From the NCBI GenBank assembly GCA_965221905.1, contig OZ244922.1, forward strand, positions 1,952,001 to 2,016,000: a stretch of DNA of 64,000 bases. The letters are read 5' to 3'. The notes beneath the pieces were generated by a model that was given only the letters and a program-made list of their open reading frames with translations, did not search any database and was not told where the DNA came from. The DNA comes from Chloroflexota bacterium. GTDB taxonomy: Bacteria > Chloroflexota > UBA11872 > VXOZ01. Shown here one piece after another: positions 49,280-58,406 of the stretch; position 1 is the first letter of the stretch; each line of letters opens with the position of its first letter. Made by a program: the position numbers and the translations under genes.

Positions 49280-50578
49280 TCAGTACGGCCGATTAAACGG
49301 TATCGTAGCCGCAGCAACCTCATCGGAAACGCGGCCGGCATCCCGCGCGCGCCGTAGATCGAGCAGCGTATCCTCCACCGCTTCCAAGGTCTCCGCCACG
49401 TCCTCATCGCTGTGCGCGTACAATACGTTGTTCCAACCGCCTTTGAGCATCACCCCCCGCTTGGCCAGCCCGGTATAGAAGAACGTCCCGGCGTCGGCAG
49501 GCAGCGGTTGATCGTTGCCGCCAATAAACCGAATACCGAATAGCGCCGGCGGGCCGAATGACTCCATGGGGATCCCCACACGATGCGAGACCTCTTCCAC
49601 ACCGTCCATGACGGCCTGGGAGATGCGGTTGATGTGCCCCGCCACGTCCTCGTCGCGGCAGATTTGCAGAGTGGCAATGCCCGCCGCAAGAGAGAGAGTC
49701 TCTCCACCAAACGTCAGACTGATCAAACAGTCGGCAGTCTTTTCCATAATGTCGCGCCTGCCAGCCACCGCGCCCAGTGTCATGCCGTTGGCCATGCCCT
49801 TGGCGTAGGTTGCAATATCCGGTTCCACACCGTAGTACTCCTGCGCGCCACCCAGGGCAAAGCGGAAGCCGGTCATACACTCGTCGTAGATCACGAGCGC
49901 TCCGTGCCGGTGTGCGAGGTCCTTGAGGTCCTGCAGGAAGCCCGGCTCCGGCTCCTTGGCCGGTTCCGCGCAATCAAAGGAGACGGCGGCGACTTTGCCG
50001 TCGTTGAGCGCGAAGAGTTCTTCCAAGTGGTCAAGGTCGTTGAAGCGGAACTGCTGATTAAGCGCGTGGAATGCAGCCGGCATGCCGCCGTCGTTGCGCC
50101 AGTAATTCCATTCGTCCGCCCACCCACGATAGCCGTTGTTAAGAATGATCTCGCGCTTGGTATACGCGCGAGCAATGCGCGTGGCGCATAAATTTACGTC
50201 CACGCCGCCCTTGAGGAATCGCACCATTTCAGAACAAGGCACGACCTCGTTCACGAGCTTGGCGCACTCGATCTCCGGCTCGGAGGGGGTGCTGAAGAGC
50301 ATGCCTTTCTCAAGTTGCTCCGCAACTGCCCGGTCAACTTCCGGGTAACAATAGCCCAGCAATACACCCCCGGACGCGCCGTAGTAGTCAATGTAGCTAT
50401 TGCCGTTCACGTCCCAAAGCCGGGAGCCCTTGCCATGGGACATGAATATGGGCATGGCGCCATAGGACGCGGGATTTGGGCGCTTCCCTTTGGTCTGCGA
50501 GCCGCCGGGCATGAGCCGCACGGCCTCCTCATAGAGATCAACGGAACGAGAAACGTCGAGCTTAGTTGCGCTGGCCAT
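49280..50578 (-). CDS. Class III PLP aminotransferase (HemL/GSAM-like)
   Basis: GSRLWDVNGN.YIDY, YRGW, DECMTGFR, PDIATYAKGMANG, TFGGE. Confidence 0.9.
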   Translation of the reverse strand: MASATKLDVSRSVDLYEEAVRLMPGGSQTKGKRPNPASYGAMPIFMSHGKGSRLWDVNGNSYIDYYGASGGVLLGYCYPEVDRAVAEQLEKGMLFSTPSEPEIECAKLVNEVVPCSEMVRFLKGGVDVNLCATRIARAYTKREIILNNGYRGWADEWNYWRNDGGMPAAFHALNQQFRFNDLDHLEELFALNDGKVAAVSFDCAEPAKEPEPGFLQDLKDLAHRHGALVIYDECMTGFRFALGGAQEYYGVEPDIATYAKGMANGMTLGAVAGRRDIMEKTADCLISLTFGGETLSLAAGIATLQICRDEDVAGHINRISQAVMDGVEEVSHRVGIPMESFGPPALFGIRFIGGNDQPLPADAGTFFYTGLAKRGVMLKGGWNNVLYAHSDEDVAETLEAVEDTLLDLRRARDAGRVSDEVAAATIPFNRPY

Positions 50579-50590
50579 AGAGCACTCCCT

Positions 50591-51421
50591 CTACACTGCA
50601 AATAGTCGTTGCGCGTTAGCAGAAAGCATCAGTTCTTTCTCTCGGTCGGTGATCTCCGCATGCTCGATACTGAGTGTTGCCGACTCTGGATAGAATATCG
50701 GGCAATTAGTGCCTAGGAGGAGGTGGTCTGCTCCCACTTGGGCACACAGTTGCTCAATGTCATCCACCGGTCCCTGTACGCGTGAAACGTCGAAGTAGAG
50801 GTTGTCGGTCTTGTACGCTCGCCGCCAGATATCCGTAATGTGCGCATAGCGCCCGGTGCACACCAGAAAGCGCACGTCGGGGAAGGCGCAAATAGCCTCA
50901 ACGGCATCGGACGTGGTTACCGGCGGCACTTTCACGTGCCAGTGATGCCAACGCGAATCCTCCAGAGTCAGCGTGAGGAGCACCACGAGGTCGTCGGCCT
51001 TGGCGCTTTCGAGCAACGCCAGCGCATTGCCGGTGAGCATGTGATACTGGGCATAGGCTTCCAGGCTTGCATCCATGACGCGCGTCGTATGCGGTTCCAG
51101 CAGTGTGAACTGGTGGTAGTTGGGGTGGATGCGCAGATTGCGCATGCCAAAGTCTTCCATGCAGCGTTTGAAATCCTGCTCCCAACATGGCATGGCTGAA
51201 TTGATGGTGTAGGCAGGCACGAGCCGGTCGGGATGTTCTTGCACGATCCGGTACAACTCGCGGTTGCCCACCATTACGTCTTTGTAGAAGACGTTTTCAA
51301 GGCGCGAGACGACCGCCTTTTCGATGCCGAGCGCGTCCATCTTGCGGAGCAGCGCATCAGGTGTAGCATGATTCAGACGGCGGAAGGGCCATTCGCCTAT
51401 GTATGCATTTGCGTCAATCAT
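50591..51421 (-). CDS. Amidohydrolase_2 family protein with degenerate metal site
   Basis: MIDANAYIGEWPFR (no HxH), RIHPNYH, LLLGTNCP, SANAQRLF. Start trimmed to ATG 51421. Confidence 0.82.
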   Translation of the reverse strand: MIDANAYIGEWPFRRLNHATPDALLRKMDALGIEKAVVSRLENVFYKDVMVGNRELYRIVQEHPDRLVPAYTINSAMPCWEQDFKRCMEDFGMRNLRIHPNYHQFTLLEPHTTRVMDASLEAYAQYHMLTGNALALLESAKADDLVVLLTLTLEDSRWHHWHVKVPPVTTSDAVEAICAFPDVRFLVCTGRYAHITDIWRRAYKTDNLYFDVSRVQGPVDDIEQLCAQVGADHLLLGTNCPIFYPESATLSIEHAEITDREKELMLSANAQRLFAV

Positions 51422-51440
51422 AGATTTGCTTCTTTTGCGG

Positions 51441-51467
51441 CCGTCATTCCCGCGCAAGCGAGAATCT
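51441..51467. repeat. REP-like unit (GTCATTCCCGCGCAAGCGAGAATC)
   Basis: Imperfect hairpin ATTCCCGC-GCAA-GCGAGAAT preceded by GTC; same GTCATTCC...GAATC frame as 43901. Confidence 0.6.
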
Positions 51468-51528
51468 TTCTGTCTTAACTCCCAGACTCTGGCTTTCACC
51501 AAAGTGGCGGAGGAAATCGAATCAGGCT

Positions 51529-52332
51529 CTAAGGCGCAATTCCCTCCTTGTGGCGCTCGAATTGGCTCCAGGCGACCGTCTGCCGTGTAAAGATGCCGTG
51601 GGCATTCCGCCACAGAATCAGCTCTTTTTCCTCATCAGTAATGGCCGCGCCGTAGACTTTTGCCAGTTGAGACATGAACGAGCGCGGCGCGTTGAGGTCG
51701 CTGCCATAGACCACGTGGTCTGCCCCCGCGTGCTCCACGAGGGTCTCGGTGTAGCCGTTGGTGGCGTCGCCGCCGCCAATATCCATGAAGAGGTTCGGCA
51801 TGCCTTGGGCCGCCTTGGCGCCGTATTCCATATCGCTGCCGGAGTGGCCGAAGAAGAAATTTACATCTGGGTGCCGTTGACCGGCCTCACGCATGTCGAA
51901 GGGATTGGTTTCGCCGGGCATGTTGCCCGTCACCGCCATATACGTGTGCTGAAGCACCGGCAGTTTGTATTCGGCGCAGAGGTGCAGGATGCCGTCAACA
52001 CGCGGGTCGTTGGCTTTCACGCCGGTCCAGAGCTTCACGCCCTGATGACCGTCCCAGGCCTTTACGCGGCGCAGCAACTCGGTCTGCATCGTCTCCGGAT
52101 GGTAAGGGTTGAGATACCACATGGGTATCACGCAATCGGTATTGCCCGAGGCTACCTTAGAGGTAAGGTCGTTGCAGGCGGTGATGTACTCAGGCGTGGG
52201 CAGTGTGGGTGGAAAGTTATTGAAGGCGTTGAGCACGTTGATGCACAGAATGACGCCCAGCCGCCGCGCCTTGCGCAACGAGACCGTGATCTCGTGGTCG
52301 TTCTTGACGTGGGAATGTACGTCAATTATCAC
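51529..52332 (-). CDS. Amidohydrolase_2 family protein with intact metal ligands
   Basis: IIDVHSH, GVKL, PVLQH, GHSG, YGSD, ILWRNA. GGAGG RBS. Confidence 0.88.
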   Translation of the reverse strand: MIIDVHSHVKNDHEITVSLRKARRLGVILCINVLNAFNNFPPTLPTPEYITACNDLTSKVASGNTDCVIPMWYLNPYHPETMQTELLRRVKAWDGHQGVKLWTGVKANDPRVDGILHLCAEYKLPVLQHTYMAVTGNMPGETNPFDMREAGQRHPDVNFFFGHSGSDMEYGAKAAQGMPNLFMDIGGGDATNGYTETLVEHAGADHVVYGSDLNAPRSFMSQLAKVYGAAITDEEKELILWRNAHGIFTRQTVAWSQFERHKEGIAP

Positions 52333-52380
52333 GCTGGCATCCTCCCCCAGCCGTCCTCCTCACACAACCACCGTGCTGCT

Positions 52381-52410
52381 AGCTTAGCTCTACCTTCTGT
52401 GTGTTGTCAA
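52381..52410 (-). promoter_or_regulatory. Putative sigma70 promoter of the amidohydrolase-aminotransferase operon
   Basis: TTGACA-N18-TAAGCT on the minus strand, about 50 nt upstream of the start. Confidence 0.55.
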
Positions 52411-52650
52411 ACTGTAGCTCTCCCAGTTGCCCTTGCTCACGGCACACCACACGGCCCCGTGCGTTTGAGGCGCTGATAGCCTTGAGGTGCTGATAGCATT
52501 GAGAAAGGCGCGGTAGGCTGTATTCCTTGAACTTACGCTGGAGGAAACGGAATGAAGGACCCGGTATGATCACCACTACCGCCTTCACCGCAATGTCTTG
52601 GTCGTCATTCGGTCAAGATGTTCTCATCGCAACCTAGACCTTCACATTCG

Positions 52651-53673
52651 CTACCTGGCTATGATAGCGAGCCCTGCTTCAATGCTGGCGATTGCCTCGC
52701 GCTCAGCCTCCAACGCGTCGCCGATCAATTTGCCGGCTTCGGAACGGTCCTCTGCATGCCACGCCTGTCTCTCACAGGCCGTGTCGCAGAGATCGTGTAG
52801 GGGATTCAGCGACTCCATTTCGTGATCGTAGTGAGTCGCCGCCGCTTCGAGCGGTTCAGCCGCCTCGGGGAAATGCGTGACGAGTTCGCGCAGATATGTG
52901 GCGGCGGCAACCCGCCTCCACATGAGCATTTCGAGATGGTGATGGGTGGTATTGGCTGGGACATCCTTCGACTCAAACGCTTTGCGCCAGAGTTCGTATG
53001 CTGCGAAACCATGCGGCGTTGCCCGTCTATTTGCATTGCGCTCGTCATCCTGCGCGTAGCGGGTAGCGTGCGCAATTGCTACCGCATTCCGCAGCGCCGT
53101 CAGATGCGTTGTCCTCTCATTTGCAGTGGTCGGCCCGTCATACACTCGAATGCTGATCGGCTCGTTCGGATCGGGGTATCCGAATTCGTCGAAGCGAACG
53201 GTGTAAGTGCCATCGACGAACGGGTGGCGGAACGTAAACGTCTCCTCAGCCTCGCTGTACCCGACGATCAGCCCCCAGCAAACCGCAAACTCATGGTTTG
53301 CCTTCATTTCTAGACTCATCGGGGACCAGACCAGCGACGGGGCGCCGCGTTTCAAACTAACGTAAACGGCGTCCCTCGCCTCTTGCTTCAGCGCAAGAAG
53401 CTCGACGCCGGTGTCATTCTTGTTTGAGTCAAGAACTCGGAAATTCGCGAGCCGCGGAAGAATGTCCAGCGCGGGGCCCCAGTCGAGGTGGTCATGGTTG
53501 ACGTGTAAGCCCCCCTCTTTCATGTCAAACTGGAACGCATGCCCCAAAACGCCCTGCAGCCGTGCCATGGACCACTCCGGACGGTCGACGGCCTGCATTA
53601 GCGGGCAGAGGCAAGAAGCAAGGGTCGTGCCTTGGTGCGGTTGTGATGGGCTGACGTCTACCATCACGTTCAT
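52651..53673 (-). CDS. Hypothetical protein (possible papain-like/BtrH-like N-terminal fold, helical C-terminus)
   Basis: 340-aa ORF with AAGGAG RBS; SLKRGAP...WGLIVGYSE pattern and GFAAYELW motif. Confidence 0.7.
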   Translation of the reverse strand: MNVMVDVSPSQPHQGTTLASCLCPLMQAVDRPEWSMARLQGVLGHAFQFDMKEGGLHVNHDHLDWGPALDILPRLANFRVLDSNKNDTGVELLALKQEARDAVYVSLKRGAPSLVWSPMSLEMKANHEFAVCWGLIVGYSEAEETFTFRHPFVDGTYTVRFDEFGYPDPNEPISIRVYDGPTTANERTTHLTALRNAVAIAHATRYAQDDERNANRRATPHGFAAYELWRKAFESKDVPANTTHHHLEMLMWRRVAAATYLRELVTHFPEAAEPLEAAATHYDHEMESLNPLHDLCDTACERQAWHAEDRSEAGKLIGDALEAEREAIASIEAGLAIIAR

Positions 53674-53816
53674 CGGTTGGACTCCTTACAGATCGGCTGT
53701 TCTTTCCCAAGCGGTGAATCTCGTTCTTTAGCCCCTAAACCCAGGGGGACAGCTACTACTTCATCAAGGAGACTTCCGCTAGATATGAATGACCCAGTCT
53801 AGCTTGAATGCTTGGC

Positions 53817-54833
53817 TCAAGGAGCCATCCGCTCCGGCAGTGTTGGTACCGGCGGCACCTCCTGCAAGGTACCGCTATACCCCGCTTCTGTGGCACAGAG
53901 CGTGGCCTGCATGCTCGCAATCGCATCCTGCGTGCTCACAATTGGGTCATGACCAGCGCAGGCAGTGCGCACGAAGTTTGCAAAGATGTCTTCTTGGGCC
54001 GGGAGGTCGATAAGCTCCTCCTGCTCGTCCCAAAGATAGAGCCAAACTCTGCCATCGTGCGTAATCTCCGCCTGGCCCTTGGTGCCAAGAATTTTGAGGC
54101 GGTTGTCCATGCGCCCCAGGCTTGGGGGCACGAGGCGGTGGTGTTCCATCACGGCGCTCGCCCCGCCGTCCATGCGAAAGAGGAGTTGTCCGGCGTTATG
54201 GTAGTGAGCATCATCGGGACGACCGAAATTGCCTTCCGTGCCGATGACACTCGTGTACTCCAGACCCGTGATCCAGCGCACAATGTCGATGTCATGAATG
54301 AGCAGGTCGAGCACCGGCCCTGCGGAGAGCCTGCGGTCGAAGAACCATTCCGGCCGGTCGCCGCGTCGTTCGGTTGCCGCAATCAGCGCATAGGCCTGCG
54401 CCACTTCACCAATCCGGCCGCTCTTAACTACGTCATACACCGCGCGATAGACCGGATTGCCCCGCCGGCTAAAGAGTTGACCGACGTGCAGGGAAGGGTT
54501 CTGCTGGAGAATCGCGATCACGCGGTTAAGCTGCTCTTGGTTCGTCACCATCGGCTTCTCCGCCAGCACCGGAAAACCCGCCTCCAATGCCGCGATGATG
54601 GTCTCGCCCTGGTGGACCGGCAACTGAAAGCTCGCGACGACGTCGATGTCATCACGTGCCAAGAGGTCGTGAAAGTCATCATGAATGGCGGCCTGGTACG
54701 TCTTGGCAAGTTCCGCAGCGCGCTCACCCGCATTGGCAACCGCCACCAGCGCAATTTCAGGATCGTTGTCCACCGCGCCAAACACACGCTCAACGTGCTG
54801 CTCTAGTCCGATCAAACCGATACGATACGTCAT
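53817..54833 (-). CDS. Gfo/Idh/MocA-family oxidoreductase
   Basis: RIGLIG, VLAEKP, SGRIGEV, GPVLDLLIHDID. Confidence 0.92.
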   Translation of the reverse strand: MTYRIGLIGLEQHVERVFGAVDNDPEIALVAVANAGERAAELAKTYQAAIHDDFHDLLARDDIDVVASFQLPVHQGETIIAALEAGFPVLAEKPMVTNQEQLNRVIAILQQNPSLHVGQLFSRRGNPVYRAVYDVVKSGRIGEVAQAYALIAATERRGDRPEWFFDRRLSAGPVLDLLIHDIDIVRWITGLEYTSVIGTEGNFGRPDDAHYHNAGQLLFRMDGGASAVMEHHRLVPPSLGRMDNRLKILGTKGQAEITHDGRVWLYLWDEQEELIDLPAQEDIFANFVRTACAGHDPIVSTQDAIASMQATLCATEAGYSGTLQEVPPVPTLPERMAP

Positions 54834-54961
54834 GCCGGCCTCCCGCAATTCGCTACCTAAATCCTATCAACACTGCAAGGACATGTATTTACATAATAGA
54901 AGTATGGCTCATCTTTCTTGAAGCTCTCACGGCATTCATAGATCCCAGAAGCCAGTGTCTG

Positions 54962-55906
54962 CTACATGTCGAGTTCCGCAGTAATCTGCTGTACGTAGGC
55001 GATGTCTTCCTTGACCTGGGCGATTAGCTCAGGATAGGAGAGTTCCCGCCAACTCCACGCGCCCTGGTATTCCGTATGGAAACAGGCGTAGTTGCCGTAT
55101 CCGATCTGCTTCAGGTACTGGAACGCCTCGCGGTAGGGGGTGATGCCTTCCTTTAAAGGTACGAACTTGCTCTCCCAGGAGACGACGGCATTGGATCGCT
55201 CCGAGTTCGCACTGTTTTGGGCCGGGCGAACGTGCGAGCGTCGGCCCTCGTCGTCCTGGCCGGTAAAGGGGAATAGTCCCACGTTCTTGAGAGAGAGCAT
55301 GCTGAGGCGGTCGGAGATGAGGTCGAGACTTTGCACCCAGCCCCCATACGCGCCTTCCAGGCCCATGTGGCCCAGATCGGCATAGATGCCTATGGCTGCC
55401 GGATCGAAGTCGGCCACTATGCGCTCCACCAGCATCGCCTCGGCGGACAAGCAGTACCCGGCGTGGACATGCACACCCGCCTGGATTCCATACTGAAGGC
55501 AGAGGCGCTCTATGCTCTCTAGGTCGCGTCGCATCTCATCGAGTTGCTGCCGCAGATGGCCGAAGCCCCGATAGTGGTGGTAGCCGAGCTTGAGTTGACG
55601 AATGCCGCATTCGCTCGCGACTGCGATGACTTCACGGGCAAAAGGGGACCCGGCGCTGGTGATATCCGTCGCGATCCAGCCGATTTTGAGCCCGTGCCCT
55701 CGGAAGACCTCAGCAGCCTTTGGCAGATCAGAGCGCGCGCGGTCCGGGGTAACATGGCCGGCCGTGCCCGCCGCCGCCTCCGGCAGGTTGTGACCGGCAC
55801 TACGCACGGTGAGTTCAACACCGTCAAGGCCAAGTCCGGCTATTGTTGCGGCCATTTCCTCTAGAGAGAGGTGTTCCAGTCGCTTGGTAAAAAGCAGAAA
55901 CTTCAT
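54962..55906 (-). CDS. Sugar-phosphate isomerase/epimerase (TIM barrel)
   Basis: FTK.L, GLDGVELTVR, HVHAG, DLGH..LEG, VPLKEG, HTEY. Confidence 0.85.
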   Translation of the reverse strand: MKFLLFTKRLEHLSLEEMAATIAGLGLDGVELTVRSAGHNLPEAAAGTAGHVTPDRARSDLPKAAEVFRGHGLKIGWIATDITSAGSPFAREVIAVASECGIRQLKLGYHHYRGFGHLRQQLDEMRRDLESIERLCLQYGIQAGVHVHAGYCLSAEAMLVERIVADFDPAAIGIYADLGHMGLEGAYGGWVQSLDLISDRLSMLSLKNVGLFPFTGQDDEGRRSHVRPAQNSANSERSNAVVSWESKFVPLKEGITPYREAFQYLKQIGYGNYACFHTEYQGAWSWRELSYPELIAQVKEDIAYVQQITAELDM

Positions 55907-56583
55907 GCGCGTGCACTCTCCAAGAGTGACAAGAGACACTCACCAGGCACTATGTTCCGATAAACCGTTTGCATTGCCCTGTCTCGCCATGCTCTACGAC
56001 GTATCCATTGTGCAAGGGTACAGTGCCACTATAGGCTATCGCTCGTATCTCCGCATTTTTAACTTCTACACGAATGTAAGGAGTCGCAGTAATCTAGCAA
56101 GTGCAAGCTGGATGTGCTCATCTTCCCGCCGCAGCACCACTTCCTCAACTATGAGCGTTGCTCTGGCAGCAAGCGTGCTGCGGAGAGCTGGAAAAGCAAG
56201 TCTTGGGCGACTTTGCCGCCAAGTGATTGGAATCGTCATTTTGCGCTCGATCGGCTACGCCTTAAGCCCAATTGTCACTACTCCCAGGCGTTGCGACAGC
56301 CAATGGGATTGCAGAAGCATTCCAAGTCCTCGTACATTCGCGAGAACCCGATTTCAAGCAATTGGCGCGTGTTTGCCTAGGCGCGAGGATCAGACACGTA
56401 CACACTAATGAGGCCTGCGGGATACACAGCGGCAAACCACCGCGCCACATCTATTGCGCAGTCCGCATGCACTGCGCCGGTCGTCAACTTTGCGGCGCGC
56501 AGTTGATGAGCGCGCATTACGTTGCCCACAGGCAATGGGCGGAGTACTATTGAGGCTAACCGTCGGCCAAGGTAGGAGCATCG

Positions 56584-58200
56584 ATGGCACTCTCAACTAA
56601 TCGCACACGCGCCTTGGTCATAAGTCTACTTTCCGTCGTTGGCTTGGTCTTGGTCTTGGGCTTTGCCGGAGCGCTTGTTAACCGCCTACGCGGCGTACCG
56701 GAATACCCGGCACCCGTGCTTGAGATGAGCGAAGAGGGTGAACCGGCGGTGAGTGTTCTCCCGAGTCGCGCCGAGCTTGGCGCCACAGTCTTCATCACTG
56801 GAGCTCGCTGGCCGGAAGGTGCGCTCATTCGGTTCCAACTGACCTATCCAAACGGGGATTCAGCGGTCTCTGTGGGGCACACGTGGGCAGACGCTTATGG
56901 CACGTTTCGGATTCCGTTCGTACTCCCTGTAGACCTACCGCTGCTTGGCGAGAATGCTCTGGTTCTAGAGGCCCGCGGGGAGACCCCCGGCGGCCGAGAG
57001 CATCAACTGACCCTGCCGCTGCAGGTTACGCGCACCGGCTGGCCGCTCGTGGTGGCGGTTACTGCCGATGATGCCGAGCCGGTTGCCGGCGCGCACGTGA
57101 CCCTCTACGACGCCGTCGGCCAGCTACTGGCTGAAGTGTTTACACGGGATGACGGTAAGGCGACCATCCCGACGGTACCCCTGGGCTCGTATGTCGTTGG
57201 CGTGCGCAAGATAGACTTTGCACTTGTTCGTACCGAAGTTGAAGTCTCAAGACGCGAAACTGAAGTGCCGGTTGCCTTGATCCCGAGTCCTGGAGGTCGT
57301 CTGTTCGTTGGCGGCATCGATAACTCACTCACCCTGATTGATACGGCCAGCAACTTGCCGATGTCTGTCATTGGCGACATCTCAACGACGTATAGTCTCG
57401 TCCGCAGCTTGGATGGACGCTATCTCTACAGCGGCCGCTATGGCGGTTCGATTGCTCGCTTTGACGCTGCCACAGGTGAAGAGGTCGAGAGCATAGCAAT
57501 CAAGAGCGATTACGTACAGCCGACCTTCATGTCGCTTCTACCTGCGGATGAGAAGACTATGTACGGCCTCCTAAGGTTCCAGAGCGACAATGATGAGCGA
57601 GTCTACCGCATTGTGGAAATCGACATGGAGACCCAACGCGTCACGGCAAGTGTGACGAATATCCCCTCGTTTGGGCAACTCATCCTTACGCCGGACGGCT
57701 CCCGCCTGATTCACGTTGGGCACTTGAGCAAGACGATCATGGTCTTGAGCACTGATCCGCTCGCCGTGCTTCGCACAATCGAAGTCGATGAGAATCCGGG
57801 ACGGAGTGTATTGGCCCCGGACGGCACGCGGTTGTTTACAACGCTCATAGATTCTGGAGTCCTGGTAATTATCGGCATTCATGACGGCGAAGTGGAACAA
57901 GGTGCAACAACGAGCGCCGGTTCTGTCGCCCTGGCGATGCATCCAAGTGCAGAATACTTATATGTGGTTAATGGAGTGCTTGGCTACTGCCAGGTGCTTG
58001 ACCCGGAAACCCTTGAGGTGAAGGATACTTTTCCGGTCGGACAGCGGCCCCGTGCGATGGCGCTCTCGAGCGACGGGCAGTACCTCTACATTGCGGAAGA
58101 GAGTGATCCGGTCATTCACGTGATCGACACGATAACCTATCAGCAGGTTGATTCCATCGTGCTTTCCAGCCGAGTGCGAACCCTAGAAGTGCCAAACTAG
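56584..58200 (+). CDS. Membrane-anchored protein: Ig-like + carboxypeptidase-regulatory-like + YVTN/YncE beta-propeller
   Basis: N-terminal TM; PVAGAHVTL..TRDDG; repeated (S/T)PDG..LY/LF blades, PVGQRPRAMALSSDG. Confidence 0.82.
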   Translation: MALSTNRTRALVISLLSVVGLVLVLGFAGALVNRLRGVPEYPAPVLEMSEEGEPAVSVLPSRAELGATVFITGARWPEGALIRFQLTYPNGDSAVSVGHTWADAYGTFRIPFVLPVDLPLLGENALVLEARGETPGGREHQLTLPLQVTRTGWPLVVAVTADDAEPVAGAHVTLYDAVGQLLAEVFTRDDGKATIPTVPLGSYVVGVRKIDFALVRTEVEVSRRETEVPVALIPSPGGRLFVGGIDNSLTLIDTASNLPMSVIGDISTTYSLVRSLDGRYLYSGRYGGSIARFDAATGEEVESIAIKSDYVQPTFMSLLPADEKTMYGLLRFQSDNDERVYRIVEIDMETQRVTASVTNIPSFGQLILTPDGSRLIHVGHLSKTIMVLSTDPLAVLRTIEVDENPGRSVLAPDGTRLFTTLIDSGVLVIIGIHDGEVEQGATTSAGSVALAMHPSAEYLYVVNGVLGYCQVLDPETLEVKDTFPVGQRPRAMALSSDGQYLYIAEESDPVIHVIDTITYQQVDSIVLSSRVRTLEVPN

Positions 58201-58298
58201 GCACCGCCAACACTCTCCGCCTGATGCGGATGTCGTGCGCGCAAATCGGCTCGCCGACTACCGCAATTGGAATTGTTGCAGAAATCTCACTAAAACCC

Positions 58299-58327
58299 TT
58301 GCACGTTTCTGACCACCATGCTATAAT
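58299..58327 (+). promoter_or_regulatory. Sigma70 promoter of the amidase gene
   Basis: TTGCAC-N17-TATAAT with extended TG. Confidence 0.7.
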
Positions 58328-58406
58328 AAGTCGCGTAGGACCTCACTACTTCTTTATTTCTTGTTCCCAACCTTGTCTTTGATTAACCCACCTTGGCGAA
58401 TGACGT

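Noticed and set aside
49280-50578. Assignment as hemL
   Set aside because: The N-terminus reads GGSQTKGKR rather than GGVNSPVR, and there are no hem neighbours.
52379-52588. 69-aa ORF
   Set aside because: No RBS or motif, and it overlaps a good promoter for the next operon.
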